Shown piece after piece: positions 47,959 through 61,496 of a stretch of 64,000 bases of DNA. The notes under the pieces were generated by a model that made no database searches, was not told the DNA's origin, and saw nothing but the letters and a program-made list of their open reading frames with translations. The DNA lies in NCBI GenBank assembly GCA_000004695.1, contig CM000153.2, forward strand, positions 64,001 through 128,000, in the 5' to 3' direction. Every line of letters starts with the position of its first letter. Within the stretch, counting starts at the first letter, position 1. The position numbers and the translations under genes are program-made. The DNA is from Dictyostelium discoideum. Lineage: Eukaryota.

Positions 47959-49296
47959 AATAAAAAAATAATCACTTCATTTTTTTTATTCTTATATGAC
48001 TTTGTGTATTTTTGAATGTTCTATTTATCTAAACTAAATTGATATTAAAAATTAAATAATTGTTTTTAGTGAAAAATAAAAAAAAAATAAAAAAAAAAAG
48101 AAAATTTTCATTTTTTTGTGTTAAATTTTTTTTTTTTCAACTTTTTTTTATTTTTAACAATTTTCCCAACACATTCAATGTCTCGTCTAAATTTAAACTT
48201 TTTTTTAGAGTGGTCGTCTGATTTTATATATTTTAATAGATGGACTTCAACTTCACCAGGTAAAACTATTTTTCTTGTAAGTTCCCAATGATAATAATAA
48301 TAATAATAATAAAGATTTAAGAAATTGACTAACATTCACAAAAATTAAAAAAAGGAAAAGGATAATTCCCTTTCATTAACAAGGGATTGGTATGCATCAA
48401 CTTCATCTATTCCCTCCCAACAAATACTTTATTGTATTATATTTATTCTATTTTATTATATTGCATTTTGTTAAACATAAGAGTTGAACAATGGATTTTT
48501 TTAAAAGAAAAAAAAAAAAAATAAATAAAAAAATATAAAATAAATTGTAAATAATCCTTATCTTTTTTTTCAAACCACAATATCGATAATAAACTTATTT
48601 TCATAAAAAAAAAAAAAGATTTAAAAAAAAAAAAAAAAAATATCTTATTTGTTGTAAAAACTTGGAAAATAAAAAAAATAATAATAAAAATAATAGTAAT
48701 ATTAATAGTTCATCTTTGGAATAGTTTTTTTATTTTTTTTTTTTTTATTTTTTTTTTTATTTATTTTTCTACATATATTATATTTTTTTTTTTTTTTGAA
48801 TTTTTTAGTAATTTCTCCTCTTTTACCTTCACTTTATTTTTATTATTTTTCTTATTTTTATTATTATTATTTTTTTTTTTTTTTAAAAAAATTTTTAAAT
48901 TAATTTAGATCTCTCTCTAAATTCTTAAAATAGTTTTTTAATTTTGGATAAAATCTAAAAACAATGAAAAAAAAAAAAATTAAAAAATTAAAAAATTAGT
49001 TTCCAAAAAAAGGAATTTTTGTTTTTTTTTTTTATTTATTTTTTTATTTATTTTTTTATTGTTTTTTTTTTTTATTTTTTATTTTTAAGAGATTCAATTA
49101 AATTGCCTTCACAAAATTGTGTGATTTATTAAAATTTTAAAAAAAATAAAATAAAATAAAAAAAGTAAACCAAAAAATAATAATAAAATAAATAAAAAAA
49201 AAAAATAAAAAAAAATAATCTTTTCTTTATTTTATTTTTTTATTTTTTATTTTTTAATTTTTTGTATAACAAACTTAAAGATACAAAACAGTTGTA

Positions 49297-49344
<48 letters not shown>

Positions 49345-49430
49345 TATTATAAAAATAATAAATAATAATAAATAATAAATTACAAATAATAAATAATAAA
49401 TAATAATAAATAATAAATAATTTTTAAAAA

Positions 49431-50507
<1,077 letters not shown>

Positions 50508-51314
50508 TTAATAAATATTTATTTTAAACTTTAAAGAATTCTTTTTTCCTTTTTTTTTTTTTTCTTTTTTTATTTCTTTTTTTTACAAATCTTTTTTCGC
50601 AAAAAATTAAAAACAAACCCAAAGAATTCCTTTTTTTCCATTTATTTTAATTGTTTCCAATAAAATAATAATACAATTTTGAATTATTAATTAAAGAATA
50701 TTAAAGGCAAATTAAAATGTAGGTAAACTTATTATCTTTATTATTTTTTTTTTTTAATAATTTTTTGCCTAATTCAAAAAAACTAATCTTGGTCTAGACT
50801 TTTACCTTTAAATTTTAAAAAAATAAAAAAGAATTTTTTTATGTTTGGAAACAATGAAAAATGTAGTTTTATAACATATAAAACCAATTTTCAATATTAT
50901 TTTATTAAATAAAGATTTATGTTGTAAACTAATTGACTTTGACTGATATTTTTGACTGTTTATAAAAAAAAAAATTTATAAAAAAAAAAAAAAAGGTACT
51001 GATACACGACTACTGTTAATTTACTATTGTTGCGTTGTTGTTACAACATAATAAATAGTTGCTGTTGTTACCAATGAAGATGACTAACCATTTAATTAAG
51101 AAGAAGAAAGGGGAAGGGAGGGGGAGAAATGGATTATAAATAGCCATTATTTGAAGTAATTGATACCACAAAGAAAAAAGCCATAACTTTACCATTTAGA
51201 GATATTGAAATAACTAAAATGTTCCACTATCACCACCACCTCACCTTTTACCTATTCGTGCGAGTAGTTAAGGTTGGGTGTTGAACATTTCAAGTTACTC
51301 CAATGTTATTCGGG

Positions 51315-51671
51315 TTAATGCGACCCAGCTACAACAGTAGAACTAATGTTTAACAACATCTTGAGTTGATTCGACATTGCTTCAAGATTTTGTTGTTGTT
51401 GTGGTAGAACTGGTGGTGGGACAGGTGCGACATCTTCTTCATTTGAGAAAAAGTCATCAAAATTAAGAACTGGTAATGCAGTTGGATTTGGAGAGTTGCT
51501 CCAACTTCCACCAGCATAATTTCCAGTTGAAGGTGAGGTAATTACTTTTCCTTTAGTTGGCGAAGTTGATCTTGGTGGTGTGTTTATTTTGTTATTTGAT
51601 GTATTTAATTTTTTTGGTGAAAAATTATTATCATTATTTAAATTTGTTTCCTTTTGTATGAATTAAAAAAA

Positions 51672-51710
<39 letters not shown>

Positions 51711-51718
51711 AACTAATT

Positions 51719-51769
<51 letters not shown>

Positions 51770-51772
51770 TAC

Positions 51773-51819
<47 letters not shown>

Positions 51820-52295
51820 ACTTTAATTAAAGGTGTTAGAAGTATACTAATATCATTTTGTTGTTGTTGATTTTGTTGTTGGAATTGTTGATGATATTGT
51901 TGATGTCTATTTTTAATTTGCATATATTGTTGTTGTTGTTGTTGTTTTAAAGCTTTCATATCCATATTGGTTTCTTCACTATTATTATTTAATTGGTTAA
52001 CATTTGGTAATCTCTTTCTTTGTGGTGAGTATTTGCTTTGAGAAATTGGTTTCTTTATTTTTTCATTTTCGTTTGGAGACATTATAAAGTAACCACCTTG
52101 AAATTCACCAACATCTGACTTGGCTACGACGGCATCTTGGAAAACGGGTTTTTTTGGTGTATTTGATAAAGGAGCTCTTTTGTTATTATTGTTGTTATTA
52201 TTATTATTATTATTATTATGGTTATGATTATGGTTATGTTGATTATTATTATTTACAACAACTCTCTTGTTATCGGTGTAATGTGTGTTATTCAT
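51315..52295 (-). CDS. Hypothetical protein, about 269 aa. Asn/His-rich N-terminus and a Q-rich middle, then a non-repetitive C-terminal exon. Exons: 51822..52295 and 51315..51650.
   Basis: ORF 51663..52295 ends in a poly-F artefact. A minus-strand GTATGT donor sits right after ..DISILLTPLIK (last exon base 51822, phase 0). A poly-A intron of about 170 bp and a CAAAAG acceptor give an exon 2 start at 51650. Exon 2 reads ETNLNNDNNFSPKKLNTSNNKINTPPRSTSPTKGKVITSPSTGNYAGGSWSNSPNPTALPVLNFDDFFSNEEDVAPVPPPVLPQQQQNLEAMSNQLKMLLNISSTVVAGSH* and is clearly GC-richer and codon-like. Phase checked. Confidence 0.5.
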
Positions 52296-53130
52296 TTTAT
52301 TAATGTTTGAGTTAAATTTTATATATAAAAAAAATTATTAATTGAAATTTTTGTTGTTTAAAATTTATATACAAGTGTTTAATTAGGTTTAAAGTGTATG
52401 AGTAGGTGTGTATATGATATAAAGTTTGCCTTTAAAAAAAAAAATCGGTCAAAATTTTAATATCTTTAGAAATTATTATTATTATTTAATAAATTGCTAT
52501 TATTATTTACTATTATTTTTTATTTGTCTATTAATTATTATATATTATATATTATCTATTGGATATATAGTATTTTTTTTTTTTTTTTTTTTATAAACTT
52601 TTTTTTTTTTTTTTTTAATATAAAATTTTAATATTTAAAAAAAAAAGAAAAAAGATGTTGGAGAGAAAAAAAAAAAATTATTTAAAGAGATAAAATATTT
52701 AATTTATATGTGGTTGAAATTTATAAAAAAATGTACAAAGAAAAAAAACAATAAATAAAAAAAATTGTTATTGTTATTAGTTTACTTGGTTACTTGTTTT
52801 TAATTATTATTATTATAATTATAATTATTATTTTTATTATTATTTAACCCCTTTATTTATTATTATTATTTTTTAAAAGTTAAGTGGGGAGTAAATATTA
52901 TTACTATGTTATTTATTTTTTTTTTTATTTTTTATTTTTTTAATGTGTGTGAGTGTGTTGAGAAAAAAAAAAAAGAAAAACAATAAAAAAAAAAAATTTT
53001 TAAAACCCAAAAAAAAAATAAAAAAAAAATAAAAAAAAATTTAAAAAAAAATAAAAAAAAATTTAAAAAAATTAAAATAAAATTAAAATAAATTTTTTTT
53101 AATTTTAATTTTTTAATTTTTTTTTTTTTT

Positions 53131-53165
<35 letters not shown>

Positions 53166-53201
53166 CTTTGGTGGTTTGTTAGTTTATTAATAATAGTGAG
53201 C

Positions 53202-53238
<37 letters not shown>

Positions 53239-53497
53239 AAATTTAAAATAAAGTTTAAAAAAAAAAAAAAAATCACACAATTGCAATTGTTGTGCATGTG
53301 TGAATGTTACCATAACGTGATATAATCTAATGTGTGTGAGTTAGTGGTGGTGGAGGTGTGGTGGTTATTGCAACAATTGAAATTTATTTGTTTTATTGTT
53401 ATCATAATACCTGCAAAAAAAAAAAAAAAAATGGTAGGGGGGTGTGTAAAAAATAAAATAAAAATAGATTTAAGATATGTAATATGAATGTAGATAA

Positions 53498-53530
<33 letters not shown>

Positions 53531-54730
53531 ATTAAAAAAAAAAATTAAAAATAAAAATAGAAAATAAAAAAATAAAAAAAATAAAAAAAATAAAAATAAA
53601 AAAATTTTATGGAGTGTGGCTACTAACTAGCACATCTCGATAATTAATTCTATTAAAATAATTTTTATCCCCATAGTTTTTTTTTTATTTTTTTTTTTTT
53701 TATTTTTTTATTGTATATCTAGATATTATTACCATTTTTTTTTATATTTTATTTTTTTATTTTTTTTTTATTTTTTTATAACCCTAATTATTTTACAGAC
53801 TTAAGTGTCTTTACTTTTTTAACTATTTAATAAATATAATAAATATTTTTCACTATTTTTCAAATAGTTTTTTATTTATTTTTTTTATTTTTTTTTTTTG
53901 TCATCATAGATTTCTTTTTAAGGTTATGATGTAAATATGAATATATTTGAATAAAAAAAAAAAAAAAAAAAATTAAAATTAAAATTTCTTAATATTACAA
54001 AGTAACCTTTTTCAAATAAATATTTTAGGTTATTGATTATTTTATTTTTTATTTTTTAAAATTATTATCATTTGACTTTAATTTTTATTACCTTTTTAAT
54101 TTCCCAAATTTGTTTTCAAAAATTAAAAATTAAATATTTTATTTGGAGTTTTTAACAATTTTCTTTGATTCAGATCCATTATGGGTTGGTTTATAATATC
54201 CTATAATCATAAAAAAAATCAAAACATAATTATAATAAAATAAAACTATTTTTATTTTAATTGTCTTAAAATTATTTTATTTATTTATTATTTAAATAAT
54301 TAATATTAATTTAAATTACAAATAATAATTTCTTATCTATCTAAAGAAAAAAATAAATAAATAAATAAATAGTTGTATTTCAGTAAAAATGTGAAAAAAA
54401 AGAAACAAATCATATTTTTACAGAAATACAACTATTTCTAGGAAATTTTAAAAATCGTGGGAAAATTTTTTTTTATTTTTTATTTTTTTTTTTTTTTTCA
54501 TTTTTTTTTTTTTTTTAATATTTTTTTATTTTTTTAATTTTTTAATTTTTAATATATATAATTGTGTAACATTGTATACTTACAAAAATAATAATAGAAT
54601 AACTTAATTGTTTTTTTTAATATATATTTAAATTAAGTCACATACAAAAATAAAATAAAAAAAAAAAAAAAAAAAAAAAAAAATATTAAAAAATAATAAA
54701 CAAATCTATAAATATATAAATAAATAAAGA

Positions 54731-55131
54731 ATGAAAAGAAGTTTAGCACCAAGTGCAATTTATGAAAATAAAAAATTAAAATACGATTTACCAGATATAG
54801 TTGAAACAACTCCAGATGATAGTGATAAAGGTAAAAGAGGTAGAAAGAAAGCACCTATACCAACAGTTAATCATTTAGAGAAATATTCAATAAAGAAAAA
54901 GGTTGAATTAAAAGATGAAGATAATAAAAGTGATGATGGTAGTGTTAGTAGTGGTAGTAGCAATGGTGATAAAATTAGAGAAGAAACAAAAAAAGGTAAA
55001 AATCAAAGAATGAACCCAGATTCTGACCCATATTACTTTTTAATTAAATATAAAAATACAACAAAAAATGATGAAGAAGATGGTTTAGGTTTGTATTTTA
55101 TTATTATTTATTATTTATTATTTATTTATTA

Positions 55132-55166
<35 letters not shown>

Positions 55167-57607
55167 AAGGTATTTTAATATTATATTATGATCAAGCAAT
55201 TGTTCAATCAATTGAAGGTAGACAAATTGGTAAAACTGGTTTAACAAGAAGTAATGATGATGATGATGATGGCAAAGGTCAATATCAAAAAGTAATGATT
55301 AAAAAGAAGGAAGTTTATTTTCAAGAGGATTTTGCAATGGCAATTGGTAATAAATGGATAAAGATTATTTTATCAGTTGGTGAAGAAGAGTTTAAGAATG
55401 GTTCAATCTTTTTGAAGACAGATAGTATTATAAAAAAGAAAAAAGAGGAAAAAAAAGAAAAAAAGGCACCAATTCTAGCAGCAGCTCATAGACCAAAAGG
55501 ATTTCAAGTACCAGTGAAGGGATTGGAGAAAGCAGTACGTCTTTCCAAACCATTACATAACCCATTGGCACCCAATTCATTGGTATTGTTTACACCAGTC
55601 GATATCACTGGTGAGAATAGAATTCATTGTGTTGTAGATCCTATATTATCACAAAAACTTAGACCACATCAAAGGGAGGGTGTTCAATTCATGTTTGATT
55701 GTTTGTTGGGATTTAGAGGTGGTTTCAAAGGTAATGGTTGTATTTTAGCCGATGATATGGGTTTGGGTAAATCAATTCAAGCGATCACTATCCTTTGGAC
55801 ACTCTTAAAACAAGGTCCTAAGGGTGAATCGACTGCAAAGAAGGCTGTAATCGTTGCACCATGTACTTTGGTTGGTAATTGGGGTCAGGAATTAAAGAAA
55901 TGGTTAGGTGATGGTGTAAATACGGTTGCAATTGGTGAGAGTACAAAAACAGGTCGTGCCAAATTGACAGAGTTGGAATTTGGTAAAGCAGATGTACTCA
56001 TCATTTCCTATGATCAACTTCGTATCTATTGCGAGGATATTTGTAAGATTACATCGATTGGTTTGGTAATTTGTGATGAAGGTCATCGTTTGAAAAATGC
56101 AGAAATTAAAACCACCAAAGCAGTATCGATGATACCAACAGCTCGTCGTGTTATTCTCTCTGGTACACCAATTCAAAATGATTTAACCGAATTTTATGCA
56201 ATGGTTAATTTCGTTAATCCTGGTGTATTGAAAAATGTTGCAACCTTTAAAAATGTTTATGATGCTCCAATTGTTGCCTCGAGAAATCCAGATGCTTCCG
56301 ATGAAGAGAAGGAGATTGGTCGTCAACGTTCTTTAGAGTTGAGTAGATTAACTAGTCAATTCATTTTACGTAGAACTGCATTTGTAAATACTCAATATCT
56401 TCCACCAAAGGTAGAATACGTTATCTTTTGTAAACTTACACCTCTTCAACTTTCAATCTATAAACATCTCATTAAAGAAGCAAAAGATTCTGCATTTGCA
56501 TCGACAACTGGTGCCTTACCATTAATTACCACATTGAAAAAGTTATCAAATTGTGCAGAGTTGGTTTACACACCCGATAAAGAGACAGATGTTGGTACCT
56601 CCATATTAAAGTTATTCCCAAAGGAATGGAATCCAAAAGTTTTCCAACCACAATACTCTAGTAAGTTATTGTTTGTAGATCGTTTACTTGCAAATATTAG
56701 AAACTCAAAATCTGGTGATAAAACTGTAATCATTTCAAATTATACTCAAACCTTGGAAGTATTGGCAACAATGTGTAAAACTCGTGGTTACGCATACTTT
56801 CAATTGGATGGTTCGACAGCCAATGCTAAACGTCAACAATTGGTCAATCTTTATAATGACCCAGCCAGACCAGAGTTTGTATTTCTTCTTAGTTCAAAAG
56901 CAGGTGGTGTTGGTTTGAATCTTATTGGTGGTAATCATTTGGTTTTATTCGATGCAGATTGGAATCCAGCAAATGATGCCCAATCTATGGCTCGTGTTTG
57001 GAGAGAAGGTCAAAAAAAAATCGTATCCATTTATCGTACCTTTACAACTGGTACCATTGAAGAGAAAATCTTTCAAAGACAATTAACCAAACAAGCACTT
57101 TCAACAAGTATCACTGAAGGGGATTCTGATAATTCACCATCTTTTGACTCAAAGGATTTAAAAGATATTTTTACACTTCGTGAAGATACACTTTGTGATA
57201 CTCATGATATGTTAAGTTGTAAATGTGCACCTACTGTTGGTGGTAAAATCCCAAAACATAAAAGAGATACCATGTCTATTAGTGAACTTAATTCATGGCA
57301 TCATTTCCATCAAATGGAAAAAATTAAAGATCAAAAAGTTGCTTCAGCATGTCAAGATATTGCAACATTTGTTTTTGTAAATGATAAAGGTCCAGTTGAT
57401 AAAAACAAATCAAAAGAAAAAACTTCAAATACTACTACAACTACTACAACTACCACTTCAACTTCAACTTCTAAATCTGAAAAATCATCACCACCACCAT
57501 CTTCATCAAAACATAAGAAAAAAATTATTGAAGAATCAAGTGATGAAGATGATGATACACCAGATGAAGCTTCAAGTGATGAAAGTTATAATTCTGATAG
57601 TGATTAG
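54731..57607 (+). CDS. rad54: Rad54-type SNF2-family DNA repair/recombination ATPase. Two exons: 54731..55088 and 55170..57607.
   Basis: SNF2 motifs: ..LRPHQREGVQFMFDCLLG..GCILADDMGLGKSIQAITILWTLLKQ..VIVAPCTLVGNWGQELKKWLG..DEGHRLKN..ILSGTPIQNDLTEFYAMVNFVNPGVL..HLVLFDADWNPANDAQSMARVWREGQKK.. A Rad54-like N-terminal exon (MKRSLAPSAIYENKKLKYDLP..) joins through GTTTGT (55089, phase 1) to a TTTTTAAG acceptor (55169). Acidic/Ser-rich C-terminal tail. Confidence 0.8.
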
Positions 57608-57767
57608 TTAAAAAAAAAAAAAAATTTCAAAATAATAATAATAACATAATAATAAACTGATGATTTTGTAAATGTACATAAAAATTTCTTTTTCAATTTT
57701 TTTTTATTGATTTATTTAAACTTTTTCTTATTATTTATTTTTTTTATATATTTTTTTATTTATTTTT

Positions 57768-57826
<59 letters not shown>

Positions 57827-58510
57827 TATTAATGGTTGAGAATATTTCAAATGGTGGTAAATAACATGACAAGGTTGTATCATTAAAATATTTTGTATTT
57901 AAACATTCACCATCATTGTATTATTATTATTATAAAGACAAAACCATTCACCATTCATTGTGATAGTACTATCAATTTTGAAATTGAAATTGTATCATAT
58001 TTTTGTTTAAATATTAAATTTTGATTAGTAACCCGAGTTACATTTATTAAACAGCTTCCACTTGGTAATTTAGTTTGAAGAGTTCTAATTATACCACTTT
58101 TTTTCAGTACTATTATTAATTGAATAATTAGAATTTGTAATATTAATGTTGTCGAAATAGTAAATCTGTATTATTTTTATTTAAACCACCACATTTTATT
58201 TATTGATCCACAAGCATAAACTAAAGGGTTGTAACATTAACTGTTAAATAAAATATCTTGGATTAATTAAAATTGAAATTTTATCATAAATTTTTACAAA
58301 TATGATTATCATCATTAACTTTTAATATAATTAATTCATGGTCAATAGAGAATATTTTATAGTTTTTATTGTTAACAGTTACTAATCACCAATTTTACAC
58401 TTTACATCATGTTGGAGATTTTAAAACTTTCTTCACAGAGCAACAACAAAATACAGATAATATCCTTGAATTATCAATAAATAAATATATTTTTTTAAAA
58501 ATATTTGAAA

Positions 58511-58591
<81 letters not shown>

Positions 58592-58740
58592 GAATAATAA
58601 TGAAATGATTAATAAATAAAAATAATAATTTTTTTTGAAATAATAAATAAAATAAAAAATTAAGTATCAATTTATTTATTTATTTATTTTTTAATTTTAA
58701 AATTAATCTTCAATGATTCTTAATTCTTGGTTATTAATAA

Positions 58741-59537
58741 TTAATTAATTAAAAAATTTTTGGGTGGAAAATTATCATAATCAGTTGAAATTTGATTAGA
58801 GAATGGTCTTGTAGCAAATGATTGAATTAAATGATCAATGAAATCAGTATCATTTGGATATTTTTGTTTTAAATTTGGATTTGTTTTTAAAACTGATAAA
58901 GATTTCTTTAATTTTGATAAAGTTGTTGAACGTTCCATAGTTGTTTTAAATTGTGATAACATTTCAAAGAAAATCACACCAACACTATATAAATCAGTTT
59001 TTTGATTATAATTATCACCTTGTTCTTGTTCATTACTACTATATAAATAAGTGCCTAATCCACCCACCTTTTTATTGTTATTATTGTTATTGTTAATGTT
59101 ATTGTTATTGTTATTGTTACTATCTACTGTTAATGATTCAATCGTAGTTGCTAAACCGAAATCACCAATTTTAATACCAAATGGTGATTGACAAACAAAT
59201 ACATTATCAGGTGTAATATCACGATGAACGAAACCTTGTGAATGAATATATTTCAATGCAACTAAGATTTGTCTAGTTATCTCTCTACATTGTTTAATAT
59301 CCAATGATATCAATATATTGGTTCCAATTGGATTTGCAATGGATGATGTTGATTGAATTGATGTTATTGATTTAATATTATTAATTTCATTTATTAAATT
59401 TCTTAATGTACTATATTTACATAATTCCATTTGTATATATAATGAAAATTTCTTTTGTTTTAATTGATTATAATTATTATTATCATCATTTGTGCATTCA
59501 CTTATTGATAAATTTCCATTACCTATACTATAACTAC

Positions 59538-59568
<31 letters not shown>

Positions 59569-60654
59569 GTTTGAAATATATGTTGCTTTGTTATTTGAAT
59601 AACTATTTGATGAATTTGAAACTAATGATGATGATGATGCTGCTGCTGATACTGATGAATAAGAAGATGATGGAAATGAATCAATATTCTCAAATAAGTT
59701 ATTATCATTTTCACCATAATGATCAATTGAGTTATTTGTTATAATTTCTTCTTCAATCCAAGAACCATAATATCTTACGATATTAGGATGATTTAATCTT
59801 GCCATTGCTCTAACTTCCATTAATTCTTTTGTTGGAATTTTTTGATTTACTTTGATTCTTTTTACTGCATATTCCATTTGGTCAAATATATTACAACATT
59901 GAAAAACAATACCAAACCCACCTTTACCAAGTACTCTTACATCATTAAATTCATTATTAAATCTACTATTATTATTATTATTATTGTTATTTAAAGATTT
60001 TGATGATACTGACGATGATGACGATAATGTTGATGATGACGATGATGATGCTGATGATGATGCTGATGATAAAGTTTGTGATGACTCTGATAATGATGAA
60101 GAAGATGATGAAGAAGATATTGAATCATTGTTATAATTATCATTATTATTATTATCAATAAGATTATTATTATCATTATTATTATTACTATTAGTTAAAC
60201 TATTATTAATACTATTTAAGTGAAGTAAACTTGAATTTAATTTATTTAATGTATTGATTTTTGAAGCTAGTGAAATCTTTTTATTACTAATTTTTGAAAC
60301 AGATATACCAGAATCTGCTAATAAATTGGTCATTTGACTAATATCCTTATTGTTAATAGCCACTAAAGTAATGTTACTTCTATGTGATGCTCTATTAAAT
60401 TTGTTATTATTTTTAATATTATCATTATTATTATTATTGCTATTGCTATTGTTAGTATTATTATTATTATTATCTATTGATTTTGTTGTGCTATTGTTTT
60501 GTGTATTGGCAGCAGTGATTGGTTTTGAACTTTCATTATTATTATTATTATTTGAACCATTAAAATTTAAACTGAACAAAAGACTTCCATTATTATTATT
60601 ACTCGAAAGTGAATTTCCAATTCTTTTGGTTGCACTCGAGGTAAACTTCCACAT
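58741..60654 (-). CDS. Protein kinase with eIF2-alpha-kinase-like features (large kinase insert, FxTxMER-like motif). Asn-rich N-terminus.
   Basis: Kinase motifs: ..VLGKGGFGIVFQC.., ..YAVKRIKV.., ..HRDITPDNVFV.., ..GDFGLATT.., then an Asn-rich activation-loop insert, ..GTYLYSSNEQEQ.. and ..FKTTMERSTTLSKLKK... The last resembles the eIF2AK ..T.MER...L..LR.. block. Confidence 0.55.
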
Positions 60655-60797
60655 CTTTTTTTTTTTTTTTTTGAAAAAAAAGAAAAAATAAGTGGAAGGT
60701 GTTTTTTTTTTTTTTTTTTGTATAATAGATTGATTGTTCTTGATTGATTAATTAATCTCTGATTTTAAAACCCAAACTCTATTACTAATTAATTGTT

Positions 60798-60829
<32 letters not shown>

Positions 60830-61456
60830 TATAATTGAGAGGAAAAATGATCCGTAACACGTGGAGATTAATTCTCAAAAATTTCAAAATTTTTTTTTTC
60901 AATTTTTTTTTTTTTAATTAATTTTTTTTTTTTTATTATTTTTATTTTTTTGGGCAACGCTAAATAATTTAACCATTAAAAAAAAAATTTATTAATGACA
61001 CCTTAGAAAAAAAGAATTGATAAAATCGGAAATCCTTTTCCACTTTTTACCGATCTACAATTTTTGTCCAAAAAAGAAATTTGATTTTTTTTTTTAAAAA
61101 AAAAAAAAAAAAACCACACATATAGAAATCACCGAATTTGTTCATTTTGGTAATAAAAAAAAAATGATAAAATGAAAAAAAATCAAAAAAAAATAAAATT
61201 GGGTTCCATTTTACAATTATTTTGATCAGACAAATTTTTTTATTTTTTTTTATTTTTTTTTATTAATATTTTCAATTTAATAAAAAAAAGAATAAAAAAA
61301 AACCACAATATTAATATTGAGAGGGCGAGTATTTATTAAATCACAAATTTCTTTTTATGATTATTTTTTTTGTATCACTGTTTAGATTATTATAATATTC
61401 AATGTGGTTTCATCTTTTTAAAACTTGATATTTATCAACAAAAAAAATCTTATTTT

Positions 61457-61496
<40 letters not shown>

